Assembly: GCA_038060895.1 (NCBI GenBank) | Contig: JBBTCT010000015.1 | Coordinates: 1-64,000 of the forward strand | Origin: Planctomycetota bacterium | GTDB taxonomy: Bacteria > Planctomycetota > MHYJ01 > WSZJ01 | Direction: 5' to 3' | DNA length: 64,000 bases | Shown: piece by piece, positions 59,358-64,000 of the stretch | Position numbering within the stretch: position 1 is the first letter of the stretch | Layout of the letters: each line of letters starts with the position of its first letter | Program-made: the position numbers and the translations under genes | The notes under the pieces: generated by a model | The model's input: only the letters and a program-made list of their open reading frames with translations | What the model was told of the DNA's origin: nothing | Databases searched by the model: none

Positions 59358-59600
59358 TCAGGCCGCGGCCCGCGCACGAGTTCGCTCTCGGGCCTCGAGC
59401 CTGCGCGAGGCAGGCAGAGATCCGGGTGGACCGGTGCGGGTGGCGAAGCGAGCCGAGGGGCCCGGCTTCGTGGGAAGCGGTGTCATTTCTCGGCCGCGGA
59501 ACGGAGCCACTGCGGGAGCCGAAGCGGCGACGGAGTCGCAGCGAGCGGGGGAACCCGTGATGGCGATCGCGAAGCGGAAGAGAAGTCTGAGTCCGGACAT
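59358..59600 (-). CDS. Possible leader ORF upstream of rny
   Basis: 80-aa ORF with hydrophobic start and RTGPP; coding status unsupported beyond this. Confidence 0.3.
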   Translation of the reverse strand: MSGLRLLFRFAIAITGSPARCDSVAASAPAVAPFRGREMTPLPTKPGPSARFATRTGPPGSLPASRRLEARERTRARAAA

Positions 59601-59843
59601 CTTTTGGATTAGATCCCTGGCAACGTGCTGCCGTGACCTTTAGGGACGAATTTGTGGCTTTCTGGGCCACTTCAAGGAGCGGAATCGTAACGGAGGGGGA
59701 ACGAAAGGGTCAAGGGGAAATTGCGATCGGAGGCCATTTCATTTTGATATTTCAGATTGAAATGTTGCATAAGATATTAAATATATGGAAGTTGCGATGG
59801 AATCAGGGCTTGTAATCGCCGCTGTTTCATTCTGTACGGCAAT

Positions 59844-59871
59844 AAAAAAGCCCCTCTTTTCAGAGGGGCTT
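59844..59871 (-). terminator. Intrinsic terminator of the SH3 gene
   Basis: Minus strand aagcccctct-gaaa-agaggggc followed by T6. Confidence 0.85.
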
Positions 59872-59900
59872 CTCGTTGATCTCCAGCAGGGCGCGGCTCT

Positions 59901-61040
59901 CTACTCCATCACTTCCAATTCCTCAACTTCGATGACCTTCGGCCCGTCTTCCCATCCCTCCGGCGGATCGTGAATCGTCCCCTTCGTGATGCGAATCCGG
60001 TTGTGCCAGTAGCGCCGCAGATCGAGCGTATCGCTGTGCAGGTAGTACAGCGTCACTCCCGCTTCCACGACCTTGTGCGTCCCGGGCCGGCCGAACATCG
60101 AACCGACCTCCTCTACCCAACCCTGCGCGACGGCCTTCTTGTCCGACCCCTTCTTGACCGACTTCGCCGCCTGCTCCAGCTGCCACTTCTGCTCGAGCTC
60201 CGCAATCCGCTTCTCGTACTCCGACTTCTGGACCTGGCTGGTCTCGTCCAGCGACTTCACGAGGCTCTGGAGTTCCTGGAGGCCACGCAGGTAGTCGGCT
60301 TTCTCCTTCGCGCGCGCGGTCGTCTTTTCGTCCACGCCTTCCGACGCAGCGATTTCGTCGAACGCGGAGATCGCGGCGCCGTAGTCGCGCTCAGCGGGTT
60401 CCGCCTCGCCCTGTTCCTTCAGGAGCGCCTCGGCCGCCTGCCACGCGGTCAGCCGGGCCTTGGACTTCTCTTCGCCCGCGATCCGATCGCTTTCCTTCCG
60501 GGCTTCCTCCCCCTGGATCGCCGCGTAATCGCCCTTCACGGAAACGAATTTCTTCGAGACGAACGCAAAGACGCCTTTCGGCGGCTCGATCTTGAAGTAG
60601 GTTCCGATGGAATCCTGGCCGACGATCTTCACGGATTCGCCGGGCTGGAGCTGGCCGATGACGGGGTGAGAAGTGTCGGGTGTGGGGCGCAGGTTGATGT
60701 TGTCGCCCTTGACGGTCCCGGTGTCGCCGCTGCGGTCGATGTACTGGGCGGAAACCCAGCAGGCGGCGGACTTGGGTGCGAGGATCTTGAAGAAGTCGCC
60801 GGATTCGCCGGCGATGAGGACTTTGTCGCCCTTGTTCGCGACGCACACGATGCGGTGATTCATCGTGTTGCCGGCGCGGACATTGACGTTGGCCGCTGAG
60901 ATTTCTCCGAGGACCAGCTTTTCCTCGGCGGCAGCGGCGGGTGGTGCGTTTTCGGGCGTTTTGGCCGGCTCGTCAGCTAGCGCGCCGCCCGACAGGGCGA
61001 GCGCCAGCGCGAGAACGGCGGGCGGCGGGATGAAGCGCAT
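59901..61040 (-). CDS. Secreted protein with two bacterial SH3 domains
   Basis: Signal peptide; VNVRAG...GDKV...KI...WVS and INLRPTP...GESV...FVSKKFV. Confidence 0.85.
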   Translation of the reverse strand: MRFIPPPAVLALALALSGGALADEPAKTPENAPPAAAAEEKLVLGEISAANVNVRAGNTMNHRIVCVANKGDKVLIAGESGDFFKILAPKSAACWVSAQYIDRSGDTGTVKGDNINLRPTPDTSHPVIGQLQPGESVKIVGQDSIGTYFKIEPPKGVFAFVSKKFVSVKGDYAAIQGEEARKESDRIAGEEKSKARLTAWQAAEALLKEQGEAEPAERDYGAAISAFDEIAASEGVDEKTTARAKEKADYLRGLQELQSLVKSLDETSQVQKSEYEKRIAELEQKWQLEQAAKSVKKGSDKKAVAQGWVEEVGSMFGRPGTHKVVEAGVTLYYLHSDTLDLRRYWHNRIRITKGTIHDPPEGWEDGPKVIEVEELEVME

Positions 61041-61123
61041 GGCGGGGTTCTCCTCTCTCCGGTGAAATGTTGAAGGGCTACGTCGGTGTATATCGGAAGG
61101 GGGGAGGGAGGAAGTGGAGCTGA

Positions 61124-62788
<1,665 letters not shown>

Positions 62789-62847
62789 CGATTGCGAGCC
62801 GGCCCGGGCTTGCCCGGGCCTGCTCGGCGCTTTGCGCGAGGTCGAGC

Positions 62848-62933
62848 GACAAATCCCAACTCCAACTTCAACCCCAAATCCCAAGTCGTTAATACAATTG
62901 GGGTTGGGGTTGGAGTTGGAGTTGGGATTTGTC
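62848..62933. repeat. Hexamer-repeat palindromic element
   Basis: gacaaatcccaactccaact... pairs with ...agttggagttgggatttgtc. Confidence 0.85.
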
Positions 62934-63083
62934 ATTCTTCGGCGCGCTCCGCGCAGAGCAAAGCGCATCTGACGAAGTTCAGCCGAACTTTGTATTGACC
63001 TTCGCCGATAAACCCTTATCCTGCCGCCCCTTCCGCGCCCCCCATGTCAGGGGGGCGCGCCCGTTTTTCAGGAAACCCGCAAC

Positions 63084-64000
63084 ATGATTCGCCCCATGGG
63101 AACCACCACCAGCAACATCCTTCAAAAGACGAGGAACATCGGCATCATCGCCCACATTGATGCCGGGAAGACTACCGTTACGGAACGGATCCTCTACTTC
63201 TCCGGCAAGATCTACAAAAAGGGCGAAGTTCATGACGGCAACACCGTCACGGACTACATGCCCGAAGAGCGCGAGCGCGGCATCACGATCAAGTCCGCCG
63301 CGACGGCCTGCGAGTGGGACAGCTACAAAATCAACATCCTCGATACTCCCGGCCACGTCGACTTCACGGCCGAGGTCGAGCGCTCGCTTCGAGTCCTCGA
63401 CGGCGCCGTCGGCGTGTTCTGCGCCGTCGCAGGCGTGCAGGCCCAGAGCGAAACCGTCTGGCGCCAGGCCAATCGCTACAGCGTCCCGCGCATCTCGTTC
63501 ATCAACAAGATCGACCGCATCGGCGGCGACATGAACAAGGCCGTCAAGTCCATCCGCGAGAAACTCGGATCCAACGCGGTCCCGCTTCAGATCCCCATCG
63601 GCAGGGAAAAAGACTTCATCGGCGTCGTCGACGTCATCATGGGCGAAGCGATCTACTTCAACGAGGCCAACGAGGACGAATTCACGAAGGGCCCGGTGCC
63701 CCCGGAACTCGTCGCGGAGATGGAGAAGGCGCGCGAGCTCGTCATTGACGCCGCTTCACAGTTCGACGACGCGATCATGGAGAAGTTCATGGCGGGCGAG
63801 GCGATCACGCCTGCTGAAATGAAGCGCGGACTACGCGCTGCGACGATGGCCTGCAAGGCGACGCCGGTGCTGGTGGGGACGGCGTTGAAGAACAAGGGCG
63901 TGCATCAGCTGCTGGATGCGGTCTGCGAGTACCTGCCCAGCCCGCTGGACCGGCCGCCGATCAAGGGAAAGATTCCCGGGAAAGCGGAAGAAGAAGTCGA
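63084..64000 (+). CDS. fusA: Elongation factor G (runs off the window)
   Basis: RNIGIIAHIDAGKTT, ERERGITI, INILDTPGHVDFTAEVERSLRVLDG, INKID; start 63084 or 63096. Confidence 0.93.
   Translation, partial: MIRPMGTTTSNILQKTRNIGIIAHIDAGKTTVTERILYFSGKIYKKGEVHDGNTVTDYMPEERERGITIKSAATACEWDSYKINILDTPGHVDFTAEVERSLRVLDGAVGVFCAVAGVQAQSETVWRQANRYSVPRISFINKIDRIGGDMNKAVKSIREKLGSNAVPLQIPIGREKDFIGVVDVIMGEAIYFNEANEDEFTKGPVPPELVAEMEKARELVIDAASQFDDAIMEKFMAGEAITPAEMKRGLRAATMACKATPVLVGTALKNKGVHQLLDAVCEYLPSPLDRPPIKGKIPGKAEEEV

Overview
High-GC bacterial chromosomal window. A Planctomycetota-like origin is inferred from the DUF1570-type, FG-GAP and SWIB gene content, not proven. Housekeeping genes include asnS, mnmA, yajC-secDF, nadK, dxs, lspA, pfkA, ispA, xseAB, ymdB, rny, gdhA and a truncated fusA. 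Accessory blocks include two MMPL/RND transporters, two Cys-rich cNMP/DUF4388-like paralogs, three TPR+HExxH secreted paralogs, pnuC-nadR, a MazEF-like pair, an orphan barstar and a degenerate secreted LanC-like fusion. The strongest unusual signals are translational. (1) A small SEC-C gene (49327-49079, minus) reads coherently only with +1 shifts at up to three successive in-frame UUU-C sites. (2) A signal-peptide/RAPP arrest-peptide ORF lies between yajC and secDF, and its RAPP codons are complementary to the secDF Shine-Dalgarno. (3) A KimA-like transporter appears to start at CTG. There is also a dispersed family of hexamer-repeat (TTGGRG/CCAAYY) palindromic elements with a G-to-C skew flip around them, and a REPIN-like inverted doublet. 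No rRNA, tRNA, CRISPR array, transposase or integrase was recognised. All calls come from reading the sequence by eye; no searches were run.
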